Positions 7,037 to 15,511 of a DNA stretch of 64,000 bases are shown here, one piece after another. The first letter of the stretch is position 1. The number at the start of each line of letters is the position of its first letter. The stretch is taken from sequence record KU726251.1; one strand, written 5' to 3'. Under the pieces are notes generated by a model. The model was not told the DNA's origin and did not search any database. It saw only the letters and a program-made list of their open reading frames with translations. A program made the translations under genes and the position numbers.

Positions 7037-9337
7037 ATGAAAGATACCCGTATCGCTAGTCTGGACCAGCTGGTTCAGCAGGGCAATGCTCTGGTCGCTG
7101 CTGCCAAGGCAGGCTCTTCCGCTAATGACGTATGGCAAACCGTAGCCGTTGGCGAATCTGTACGTAAAAATGCTGCCGGCTTCACCAACCTGCGTGACAC
7201 TGCTCAGCAGCACTACGAAGCTGTAAACCCTGGCAAAACCATGAGCCACGCTGCTCAGGTTGCTTCTGCGATGATTCTGGCTGCTGCCGGTCACGAAGAT
7301 GACTTCATGACCCGTGTTGCTGCTGAGAGCGCGAAGCCGGAATACGCCAGCTATATGCCGATCGCTATTTCTGGTGCAGCATCCCTGGCTGCTGACTACG
7401 GTAAAACTCCGCTGGTCGCAACCGAATACTACACCAACAAAGACCTGGACAAAAACCTGGGTCTGACCTGGACGCTGAACGTGCGTGCTCTGGAAACTCA
7501 ATCCAAGTTTGCAGAAACCCTGTTCCCGACCATCACTGTGGACACCAACGACGTCGGCATCACCGTTCGTACCAAAGTTACTACTGTAACTCGTGGTATC
7601 CTGAACGCCCTGCTGACCAAAGACGTGGTTGAAGACAACCGTCAGCCGCTGCATAACGCGCTGTCTAACCACAAAGTCCTGCAGGACGATGCTATCCGTA
7701 TCGTACCTTACGTGATGGAAACCGGTGAGAACGCGAAGTTCTTCGTATCCGAAGACATCATCGAAAACGAAAACGTTCAGCTGGGTCGTGTGCCGGCGTA
7801 TCCGACCAACTACCTGAGCTTCTCTGAGCGTCGTCTGAACCTGTTCCAGCTGTCTGCCCATCCGGGTATCGTGCAGGAAGGTTACGATGAAACCGACGAA
7901 ATCGCACCGGGTGCAGCGCTGGGTAGCCTGCTGCTGTCTGTGCGTAAGCCGACCGAAGAAGCGAAAGATGGTGCGCTGATCAAACTGAACGTACGCGACA
8001 TGCAGTTCGCTACCTTCCAGCGTCCTCCTGAAGGTGATGGCCGTGAGCTGGTCCTGCAGTTCCGTCGCACTGTGTTCTCCCTGAACGCCAAGTCTCTGGA
8101 CTGGAAAGGTGCTGAAATCCCGGCACTGGCCGCTCTGGCACAGAACGATTACACCATTCGTTATTCCATGAACATCAGCATGTCTCTGTTCACCAACGGT
8201 CAGTTCTCTGGTCGTGTTGACGTGACTGCACCGTCTCTGGAAATCGAAGGTCTGTACGACGCAACTGGTACTGCTGTTGATATCGAAAGCGGCACCGGCA
8301 AAGTCATCATCGACAACCTGAAACTGGAGCTGCTGGGCTGGCGCTTCGACGGTACTCGTACCAACGAGAACCGGAGAACCCAGGGCCTTCTGCTCGACCC
8401 GATTTGGGAACAAGAGAACTACAAACTGCAGTACGGTTCTCCGATCATGACCAAATCTCCGGTTGGCGTTGAATACGACGACACCGAACGTCTGGACGAC
8501 CTCGTTTCTGCGGTTAACATCCGTAACGAAATGCTGGCTATCACTCAGACTCTGTCTTACACCGAAGCGGTTAAGAACGCAGCTGCGTCCATGATCACTC
8601 CGTGGGACAAACCTGCTATCCGCGGCCTGGGCCGTCACTGGGTTGCTCCGTGGTACAGCGAAAGCGACTACGAAGTGGACAAAGTGATCCAGTCTCTGGA
8701 TACCAAAGATGCGCTCATCAACGCCCGTCAGGGTCTGGTACAGCGTATCGGTGACCAGGTAACTCGTGCTATCCAGGACTCTCGCTTCATGCCGGCTCTG
8801 CGCCTGCTGACTGCGGACCCGAACGCACTGCCGAAAGTTGTTATCGCAACTGACGAACCGACTGCTGCAATGCTGCTGCTGGTTCAGGGTGACCAGCGTC
8901 TGCTGGGCGATCGCTACGAGTACGAAGTTATCACCACCAACGATGACCGCTGGCGTGTGAAGAACGAAGCTGACGGCAGCTGGACTCGCCGCCTGCAGTG
9001 GGTTCTGAAAGTTCCAACCGCTGATGATGGTTCTTACTGTGTTCTGAACTGGGGTAACCACTTCTGGTCTCCGATCATGGTAACCAACATCAACATCCAG
9101 CGTAACGGCGCTACCAGCAAAGAGCTGGCAGTACAGCCTCGTAACGCGCACATCTGCCACTGCCCGATCACTGGTCTGATCTGGATTAAAGGTATCACCA
9201 AGTTCGTGGAAGAGAAACTGGCGTTCAACGTCACTACTACTTCCAACGGTACCGGCGGTACTGACGGTGGTAATGCTGGTGATGTTGGCGGCGGTGCTAC
9301 CCAGCCAGGTACTGGCGGTGAAGGCGCTGGCGGCTAA
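7037..9337 (+). CDS. Major capsid protein precursor (766 aa)
   Basis: Extreme codon bias, size, phiKZ-group synteny, A-T-E at residue 130 (prohead protease site), strong terminator after. Confidence 0.9.
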   Translation: MKDTRIASLDQLVQQGNALVAAAKAGSSANDVWQTVAVGESVRKNAAGFTNLRDTAQQHYEAVNPGKTMSHAAQVASAMILAAAGHEDDFMTRVAAESAKPEYASYMPIAISGAASLAADYGKTPLVATEYYTNKDLDKNLGLTWTLNVRALETQSKFAETLFPTITVDTNDVGITVRTKVTTVTRGILNALLTKDVVEDNRQPLHNALSNHKVLQDDAIRIVPYVMETGENAKFFVSEDIIENENVQLGRVPAYPTNYLSFSERRLNLFQLSAHPGIVQEGYDETDEIAPGAALGSLLLSVRKPTEEAKDGALIKLNVRDMQFATFQRPPEGDGRELVLQFRRTVFSLNAKSLDWKGAEIPALAALAQNDYTIRYSMNISMSLFTNGQFSGRVDVTAPSLEIEGLYDATGTAVDIESGTGKVIIDNLKLELLGWRFDGTRTNENRRTQGLLLDPIWEQENYKLQYGSPIMTKSPVGVEYDDTERLDDLVSAVNIRNEMLAITQTLSYTEAVKNAAASMITPWDKPAIRGLGRHWVAPWYSESDYEVDKVIQSLDTKDALINARQGLVQRIGDQVTRAIQDSRFMPALRLLTADPNALPKVVIATDEPTAAMLLLVQGDQRLLGDRYEYEVITTNDDRWRVKNEADGSWTRRLQWVLKVPTADDGSYCVLNWGNHFWSPIMVTNINIQRNGATSKELAVQPRNAHICHCPITGLIWIKGITKFVEEKLAFNVTTTSNGTGGTDGGNAGDVGGGATQPGTGGEGAGG

Positions 9338-9367
9338 TAATCCGTAAGGATTACGTTGCCTAAGATT

Positions 9368-9407
9368 AGCTTACTCCCTTCGGGGAGTAAGCTTTTTCTT
9401 TTTTTCT
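9368..9407 (+). terminator. Intrinsic terminator
   Basis: AGCTTACTCCC-ttcg-GGGAGTAAGCT plus T tract. Confidence 0.9.
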
Positions 9408-9412
9408 AAAAA

Positions 9413-9438
9413 TTTATAGATAGATATTATCTTAGGGA
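9413..9438 (+). promoter_or_regulatory. Early-type promoter E2
   Basis: AGATAGATATTAT-ctta-GGGA fits the 8-copy consensus. Confidence 0.65.
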
Positions 9439-9472
9439 GAGAGTCGTTCGGTTTTAACTTAAGGAGACAGTA

Positions 9473-10171
9473 ATGGTAATCAATTTAGAAAAATCAAGAT
9501 TAGTTGCGCCTATGTTCGACGGCAGAGGATTTATGGCAGCCGGCTTTTTTGTATCGGAATGCTCTGTTCCCTTCCGTGAAAATCCTGAAGAACCTACTAA
9601 TTTTTATCTCAGTCACGATGCGGTAAGCGCGATATTGCAGTGGGTAAGGATGTGGGAACTTCATTTACAAGGTGATGACAGTTTGCGGATGGATTATCCG
9701 CAGTTAAATATAAACGGTGTTGTGTTCACTCTGTATTCCATCGCCGACTACGACTACAATGAGCTGAAAAATATACACCCTAGCCAGGCAACGCAAATAT
9801 TCGACACCATACGTCAGAACTTCGCGACTGGGTTTACTGAACGGAAAGATTTGTGGGAAAAAGCCAATCACCCATTTGGTAGTTATTCTGCGGAGTCGTT
9901 TAACGTTCTCGGCAGAAGGATGGAGTTTGACTACGATAACGCCGCAGTGCGTTATAATTACCAAATCGTGAATCAGCCGATCCCCGCCCCGTATGCGTCT
10001 ATCGAGTTAACGATGGTAAAGATAACCGATGCACTCCTCTCAGTAGCAAACACGAACACGTATCCGCAAGCTGGGTACGAGCTGGGTCTGAAGTTGGGCT
10101 TCGGCGACCAGAAGTTGGCTGATTTAACCCGCGACCAACTCCGCGAAATAGCCCAACGCCTAATACCCTAA
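9473..10171 (+). CDS. Hypothetical early protein (232 aa)
   Basis: RBS TAAGGAG; downstream of E2. Confidence 0.8.
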   Translation: MVINLEKSRLVAPMFDGRGFMAAGFFVSECSVPFRENPEEPTNFYLSHDAVSAILQWVRMWELHLQGDDSLRMDYPQLNINGVVFTLYSIADYDYNELKNIHPSQATQIFDTIRQNFATGFTERKDLWEKANHPFGSYSAESFNVLGRRMEFDYDNAAVRYNYQIVNQPIPAPYASIELTMVKITDALLSVANTNTYPQAGYELGLKLGFGDQKLADLTRDQLREIAQRLIP

Positions 10172-10176
10172 AGTTT

Positions 10177-10200
10177 TTTACGTTACGGGCACTGGGTATG
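10177..10200 (+). promoter_or_regulatory. Bipartite motif TTTAC-N15-TATG
   Basis: TTTAC 10177-81, TATG 10197-200. Confidence 0.6.
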
Positions 10201-10219
10201 AACCCGTGCCCAAAGTAAT

Positions 10220-10243
10220 CTGAGATAGATATTATCTACGTGA
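10220..10243 (+). promoter_or_regulatory. Early-type promoter E3
   Basis: AGATAGATATTAT-ctac-GTGA. Confidence 0.65.
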
Positions 10244-10276
10244 ATAATTCTTTTGGTATTATTACTGGGATGCTCA

Positions 10277-11281
10277 ATGAACCGTTATGATTTAGACGTT
10301 CAGCCAACGCTAACCCAGCGGCCCATGCACCGTGGTGCCGTGTCGAAGACTATCACGTACGAAAATAATACCGGGTTTCCCATTTACGTCACTGAACTCA
10401 GTGGCGGGCATTTTGTTTTAGCCCCGTCGTCCACCACAGCGGCGGAATTTGGGATTGTGATTTACGTGACCTATACGGTGTTTGCGAACGGTGCTAACCT
10501 ATCTGGTTTGCGCGACGCACATTCGCCAAAGCAGTATGCGCAGATATGTAAGGAATTAACTACGAACGGCGAAACAACGCTGATGTATGTAGTTGATGAT
10601 ATCGGTGCGTTAATGCGAGGCGACTTGGTGGTGTTGAAGAAGCTAGGAATGGCTTTCTCTACTCAACCGGTAAAACTCGATTCTGAGGTTATTGGTAAGC
10701 CAGGAGGGGATCGTAAAGAATTTGCCTTGGGCGTGGTAGTTGTGCAGAAGTACGAAGACCCAGCACCTTTAAAGTGGCTGAGGTTCTATACAACGATGTT
10801 GGAAGTCGAACCGATTCGATCGAAGTATTACGACGAGGGTATTTACATGGTAATCGGTGGTGCGGAGTGTGTCGAAGGGGGTAAGATGATAATGTACGCT
10901 TTCGATGACCCGATGTCCCCGTTCCGGGCGTTTGCATCTGAAGATGAAGCGAGGCGTTATCGGTGGCTCGATAACATTCCAGAGTTACGAGATGTTCGTG
11001 CGAAGCTGGAAGCCACGTATCAGGCCAAGTTGCAAGATCTCGATGAGAAAAAGAATCGGCAAGACCTCGATTATCGTACACAACTTAATAATCTGGCGCT
11101 GGAGAAGGAGAGGATTAACACCCTTAACGCAATCCAGACGAATGAGCTTAAGTTGCGTTCCGATGTTCGTAAAGACCAATACGAGTCCCGAGCTTATCAG
11201 CGAAAAGATAGCTCGGAGTTCTTGAAATCCATTCCCGCGTATTTGGCTGCAGGGGTAGCACTCGTTGGGATGATTCTCTGA
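10277..11281 (+). CDS. Conserved hypothetical protein with C-terminal coiled coil and hydrophobic tail
   Basis: ORF between capsid and RNAP genes; ends IPAYLAAGVALVGMIL. Confidence 0.75.
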   Translation: MNRYDLDVQPTLTQRPMHRGAVSKTITYENNTGFPIYVTELSGGHFVLAPSSTTAAEFGIVIYVTYTVFANGANLSGLRDAHSPKQYAQICKELTTNGETTLMYVVDDIGALMRGDLVVLKKLGMAFSTQPVKLDSEVIGKPGGDRKEFALGVVVVQKYEDPAPLKWLRFYTTMLEVEPIRSKYYDEGIYMVIGGAECVEGGKMIMYAFDDPMSPFRAFASEDEARRYRWLDNIPELRDVRAKLEATYQAKLQDLDEKKNRQDLDYRTQLNNLALEKERINTLNAIQTNELKLRSDVRKDQYESRAYQRKDSSEFLKSIPAYLAAGVALVGMIL

Positions 11282-11292
11282 GGGAGGCCGGT

Positions 11293-13071
11293 GTGTTTAA
11301 AGATGCGATTAGGAAGATTAAAGAGGCAGGCGAAATAGTGCCTTTTAATCGTGCAATTGCAGAAGGAGTTGGGTACACACAAGCTAAAGATGGGATACAT
11401 GATCGTGTGGCAACCATTCTACGTCGTGAGTTGACGTATGATGAAATCGATAACCCGAAATTACCAGAAGGGTTAACGGTATTAGGTTGTCGCCAAATGT
11501 CGCCGTTTGAAGCTTTTATCTTTAAGTTATCGAAGTCGGATAACAATTCACGAAATAATCGTGGCCGGTCAATTATTAACATCTCATCCACTGACACGTA
11601 TATGGTAATGGCCTCGTTCCGAGTTCCAGGCGATCCTCGCCCGGTGCAACGACCAATGAGCCTGCCGTTTATTCGTCGTGGCGGCTTAATGAACTACTAT
11701 GGTACAACGTACCACGTAGCACCTGTAATCCATCAACCTGGTATATGTCGTGAGCACGGCGGTATCTTTATTAACTTTGACTTCACTCGCAAGGTGTCTA
11801 TCAAGTTCTGTAAGAAACCAACGAAGATTCTGGTGAATGGTCGCCCTGAGCAGCTGTTCTTGCCAGGTACATCGAATCTGTTTGTCTCCACTGGACAGAT
11901 TGGACACGACACCGATGAGAAGCCGCTGATGTATTGGCTCTTTGGGCGTTATGGCTTTAAACAAGCTGTGAAGCGTTATGCGGGCGTTGATGTGGCGATT
12001 TGGCCAGCGATTAAAGTACGTGATGTGGACTTAACGAAGTATGTGGTGATTCAATCCGGTGAGCCACAACTCGCGAAGACCATCCAGTACGTGCTGTTGG
12101 TTAAACGTGAAGATATGCCTAACACCGATGCAGGGCGTTGGGATCAAAACGAACATCTGTTGCTGGTAGCGACTGCCGCATTCTTCAAAGCAGCGCACTA
12201 CTACGCAGGTAAACAGAACAGTAAGAACGGTCGTGCGCCAACATTACCGGGGCTGTTTACACAGATTAATGAAATGGCAATGGACGAAGATATTGCAAAC
12301 CTCAACTCTGCAGCGTCTTGGCGTGAAGTGTTGGGCCGTAGTATTCGCGGACTGAAGCCTTCGGATATCGAACTGAGTCGCAGTATGGACAGCCACTTCC
12401 AGGAATGTGAACGCTATGTCAACAGCACCTTCCGTGGTGAGCTGATGGCAAACGATCCGTCCATCCCTGATGATTTGGATATGTTTGATTTCCTCTGGTA
12501 TACCACGCAGCTGATGGTACGCACTCGACTTACCAAGCAAGATGATATTCCGTCTATGTACGGAAAACGTCTCACGGTAACCGATTACCTACTGTTGGGT
12601 CAACGTGGCTTTACCACAACGATCTCGAAAATACGTTGGAAGCTGGGGCAGTTGGAACATCGGACTCCAGAGACAGCGGCGAAGTCTATTCGAGACGCAC
12701 TGAACAAACAGATCGTGCTCAATCTGGTGATGCGCACCATTACGAGCAACGGCGGTATCAGTTTCTTCAATGCCTCTACAGAATCAATGGTATTGGCAGT
12801 GTCTACGCACGCCATCGGTCAAACCGAAACCGATGCTAAGCGTTCGAAGAAAGGAGGCAAGACCGTTAACTTGAACGACCGTACTAAGCACGCATCCGCG
12901 TCGCATCTGGAATGTGGTAACGTCTACTACATTCCTAAGTCGGCACCGTTTAAGGCGAACATCCTCAACCCGTACATGAAGACCAACCCAAGTTTGGTAA
13001 TGATGCGGAATCCTAAACTGGACCCGTACATCAGACCGACCGAAGAAGACATTGCTAAAATCGGCCGCTAA
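11293..13071 (+). CDS. Non-virion RNA polymerase beta subunit, N-terminal split fragment (phiKZ gp123-type)
   Basis: SLPFIRRGGLMNYYGTTYHVAPVI aligns by eye with the RpoB LPxMTxxGTFIINGxERVxVSQL segment; syntenic two genes after the capsid gene. Confidence 0.75.
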   Translation: MFKDAIRKIKEAGEIVPFNRAIAEGVGYTQAKDGIHDRVATILRRELTYDEIDNPKLPEGLTVLGCRQMSPFEAFIFKLSKSDNNSRNNRGRSIINISSTDTYMVMASFRVPGDPRPVQRPMSLPFIRRGGLMNYYGTTYHVAPVIHQPGICREHGGIFINFDFTRKVSIKFCKKPTKILVNGRPEQLFLPGTSNLFVSTGQIGHDTDEKPLMYWLFGRYGFKQAVKRYAGVDVAIWPAIKVRDVDLTKYVVIQSGEPQLAKTIQYVLLVKREDMPNTDAGRWDQNEHLLLVATAAFFKAAHYYAGKQNSKNGRAPTLPGLFTQINEMAMDEDIANLNSAASWREVLGRSIRGLKPSDIELSRSMDSHFQECERYVNSTFRGELMANDPSIPDDLDMFDFLWYTTQLMVRTRLTKQDDIPSMYGKRLTVTDYLLLGQRGFTTTISKIRWKLGQLEHRTPETAAKSIRDALNKQIVLNLVMRTITSNGGISFFNASTESMVLAVSTHAIGQTETDAKRSKKGGKTVNLNDRTKHASASHLECGNVYYIPKSAPFKANILNPYMKTNPSLVMMRNPKLDPYIRPTEEDIAKIGR

Positions 13072-13102
13072 TTATTACATCTCTTAAGGAGTATTATTTA
13101 CA

Positions 13103-14779
13103 ATGAGCATTACTGTTGAACAAATCAAAAACGTCATCGTTAAACACCTCGATCAGGACGCGGTACTGTCGCAGTTGAATAACGTGATGCGTAGTCGTAG
13201 TATTCCGCCAGATCAGGCGTTAAAGATTGCGACGTATGTTGCGGCATGGGCAGCATCCAAGGGGGGTAGTGAAGCACAGGTTATCGCATATGCGGTCGAC
13301 GCGTATAAAGCTGCTGCCTATCAGCAGGTGCATAACGCAGGCGACGCGTATAACGACGATCGTCACACCAAACTGGTTAATGCTTGGGAACAAGTCGGTA
13401 AGATTCTTGCCGAAATTCGTTCTCAGCAGTCCGGCGGTTTGGGTGGCAGTGGTGGTTTAGGTGGTGGTAGCAACGCAGGTGGGTTACTGGGCGGTAACAG
13501 TTCTGGCGGTGTCCGTGTTACTGATGGCCTGACCATGTCTTCCGCGCCATCCGGTGGTGTTAAGATTGGTAACACAGATGCGGCACTAACCGTGATTGCT
13601 GGCGGTGCAGGTCTTAACCTGGTTAGTGATCCTATCCTGAACCCACAACCGGCGCAAGTAGTCCCAGCCACAGCACAACAGCCCCAGCCTGAACCAGCAA
13701 CGGTGCCTGTGCAACCGATGCCGGTGTCTAATGCTACAGTTAATAACCCAGTGCTTTCCCCACTCGGCGCAACAGAAGAAACCGAGAAGGACACTACCAA
13801 TAGCCCAATTAACAACATTCTGCAGGAGATTGATTTGATGGAAGACTACGCACTTCACGAGCTGAAAACCCCCGAGCTTAAAATGTCGATTCCAGCGAAG
13901 GAAGCTAACAGTCGCATTAAGCAATCTGTTTACGCGGAAACGCGTGATTGGGCTACACCGTTGCAAGATATCTTTAACGGTAATGAAGAGGTTGTTTTCT
14001 ACGACGGAGCTGACCTGATTGTGCGTGCACGGGATAGTTATCGCGCGTATTTGGTCGGTGTTAACACTGATATGTGCGAGCGTATGAAACAATTTGTTGC
14101 TAAGCACGACGCACTGAAATCCGATCTCGACAACTTGGCGTTGGTAGAAGATGTTGAAACTATCATGGCTAAGGTGAAACGCACGATCGATGAACTGCGT
14201 AAGAACACGAAAGAACTGCACGAATATGCGATTGCGAACAGCAGCGAAGCAGAAGTGGTTATCAGTGAAATTTCTCGCTTTGCTAATGCGTATCTGGCGA
14301 ATATCACTTTCCTGGTACACAACGCGCTGTCGCTGGGCACTAAGCGTGGTAAAGATGTGCCGAAGTTCAAAGCTATCGATTTCGAACGGAAAATCAGCGA
14401 TATTGATTTCTTCGTAAAAGATCTGTTCACAGCAACCGCTGGCGACAACGGCGTAAGTGAATATGAAGACTGGTTCCGTGACCTGTTCCTGATGGTAGCA
14501 AACTCTCTGCGCAAACTGACTATCAAGCTGAGCGATTCTGGCAAGGTGGTTAATCTGATTCAGAGCCAGTTCACCATCGTGATTCCAGGCATGTACCATT
14601 CTGTTGATAAACACGACGTAGTTACGGTAGCGTCTCTGGGCAATACCGCAGACCCGGTTGTGTCTATCTACGAAGCAGTACAGGAAAACGTGCCACATGC
14701 AATTGTATTGATGCAGCTGCCGCAGCACACTTACTTGCTTCTGAGCAATGGTGAGAAAACTGCACCAGTGTTGTACTAA
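13103..14779 (+). CDS. Hypothetical protein with Gly-rich and Pro/Gln-rich linker (558 aa)
   Basis: RBS TAAGGAG; helical N-domain, GGLGGSGGLGGG linker, C-domain. Confidence 0.8.
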   Translation: MSITVEQIKNVIVKHLDQDAVLSQLNNVMRSRSIPPDQALKIATYVAAWAASKGGSEAQVIAYAVDAYKAAAYQQVHNAGDAYNDDRHTKLVNAWEQVGKILAEIRSQQSGGLGGSGGLGGGSNAGGLLGGNSSGGVRVTDGLTMSSAPSGGVKIGNTDAALTVIAGGAGLNLVSDPILNPQPAQVVPATAQQPQPEPATVPVQPMPVSNATVNNPVLSPLGATEETEKDTTNSPINNILQEIDLMEDYALHELKTPELKMSIPAKEANSRIKQSVYAETRDWATPLQDIFNGNEEVVFYDGADLIVRARDSYRAYLVGVNTDMCERMKQFVAKHDALKSDLDNLALVEDVETIMAKVKRTIDELRKNTKELHEYAIANSSEAEVVISEISRFANAYLANITFLVHNALSLGTKRGKDVPKFKAIDFERKISDIDFFVKDLFTATAGDNGVSEYEDWFRDLFLMVANSLRKLTIKLSDSGKVVNLIQSQFTIVIPGMYHSVDKHDVVTVASLGNTADPVVSIYEAVQENVPHAIVLMQLPQHTYLLLSNGEKTAPVLY

Positions 14780-14786
14780 GTAATAC

Positions 14787-14820
14787 GGAGACCTTCGGGT
14801 CTCCTATTATTATTTTTTAT
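14787..14820 (+). terminator. Intrinsic terminator
   Basis: GGAGACC-ttcg-GGTCTCC plus T-rich tail. Confidence 0.8.
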
Positions 14821-14844
14821 TTTATCATGAAAAGGAGTATTAAA

Positions 14845-15111
14845 ATGTCTAGTGTTGAAGCAGTAATCTATTTTGAAAACGATGGGGTCGCAGGGTGCGG
14901 CTTCCCGAAGACAGCTGGGGTTAAATCTCTGTTGGCAAAGTATAAAGAAGAGCTTAAGAAAACGGCAGGGCAGAACCCTGGCGTGCCACTGCGTAGTATT
15001 TTTCCTGAGATGGAGAAGGCCGCAAAAACTGATCCGGTGCTAGATATGTTCTGCGGGATGATCAAAGAGCGATTCCCTGACATTGATAAGTACCACATTA
15101 CGCTGGCGTAA
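14845..15111 (+). CDS. Hypothetical protein (88 aa)
   Basis: RBS AAGGAG before ATG 14845. Confidence 0.7.
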   Translation: MSSVEAVIYFENDGVAGCGFPKTAGVKSLLAKYKEELKKTAGQNPGVPLRSIFPEMEKAAKTDPVLDMFCGMIKERFPDIDKYHITLA

Positions 15112-15145
15112 TTATTATAGAGTAGCTCTATAATGAGGTTCGAGC

Positions 15146-15448
15146 ATGGTAAAGTTCATTGTTGTCAACATGGATTTTGAGCGTAGTGTGCGTTTTCGCT
15201 TTGAGTTACCTGAAAACAAAGCGACTGAAGCTTTCTTAGCCGACTTCCACAAAGCCAAAACCGCGATCAGTCATGGGCGTCGCTGGCAAATCTTCTATAA
15301 CGCCCGTAAAGGCCTCCTGAAGGCGTTAAAAGCAGCAAAGGATACAAAGGTATTGGAAAAGCTAGAACCTTTCCAGAACGACCCTCTGGCGATTGGTATC
15401 ATGCTCGACGAACTGGTTAATAAACCTAAAGCTGCTACAGAAGATTAA
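15146..15448 (+). CDS. Hypothetical protein (100 aa)
   Basis: RBS GAGG; ends at a bidirectional terminator. Confidence 0.7.
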   Translation: MVKFIVVNMDFERSVRFRFELPENKATEAFLADFHKAKTAISHGRRWQIFYNARKGLLKALKAAKDTKVLEKLEPFQNDPLAIGIMLDELVNKPKAATED

Positions 15449-15509
15449 AAAAGAAAAGGTACCTCTCCCCGAAGGGAGAGGTAAACCTTATTTCTTTTTC
15501 TTTTTTTTT
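15449..15509. terminator. Bidirectional terminator between convergent genes
   Basis: A tract, ACCTCTCCC-cgaa-GGGAGAGGT, T tract. Confidence 0.85.
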
Positions 15510-15511
15510 GT

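Noticed and set aside
7013-9160. 715 aa antisense ORF opposite the capsid gene
   Set aside because: It is exactly codon-in-register with the capsid frame. It stays open because the optimised capsid gene avoids TTA/CTA/TCA. No RBS, and the composition is unnatural.
11293-13071. Intein or intron in the RNAP subunit or helicase
   Set aside because: Lengths fit uninterrupted orthologues; no C/S...HN splice motifs or homing endonuclease signature seen.
13586-14728. 380 aa antisense ORF
   Set aside because: Same in-register shadow effect opposite the 558 aa gene.
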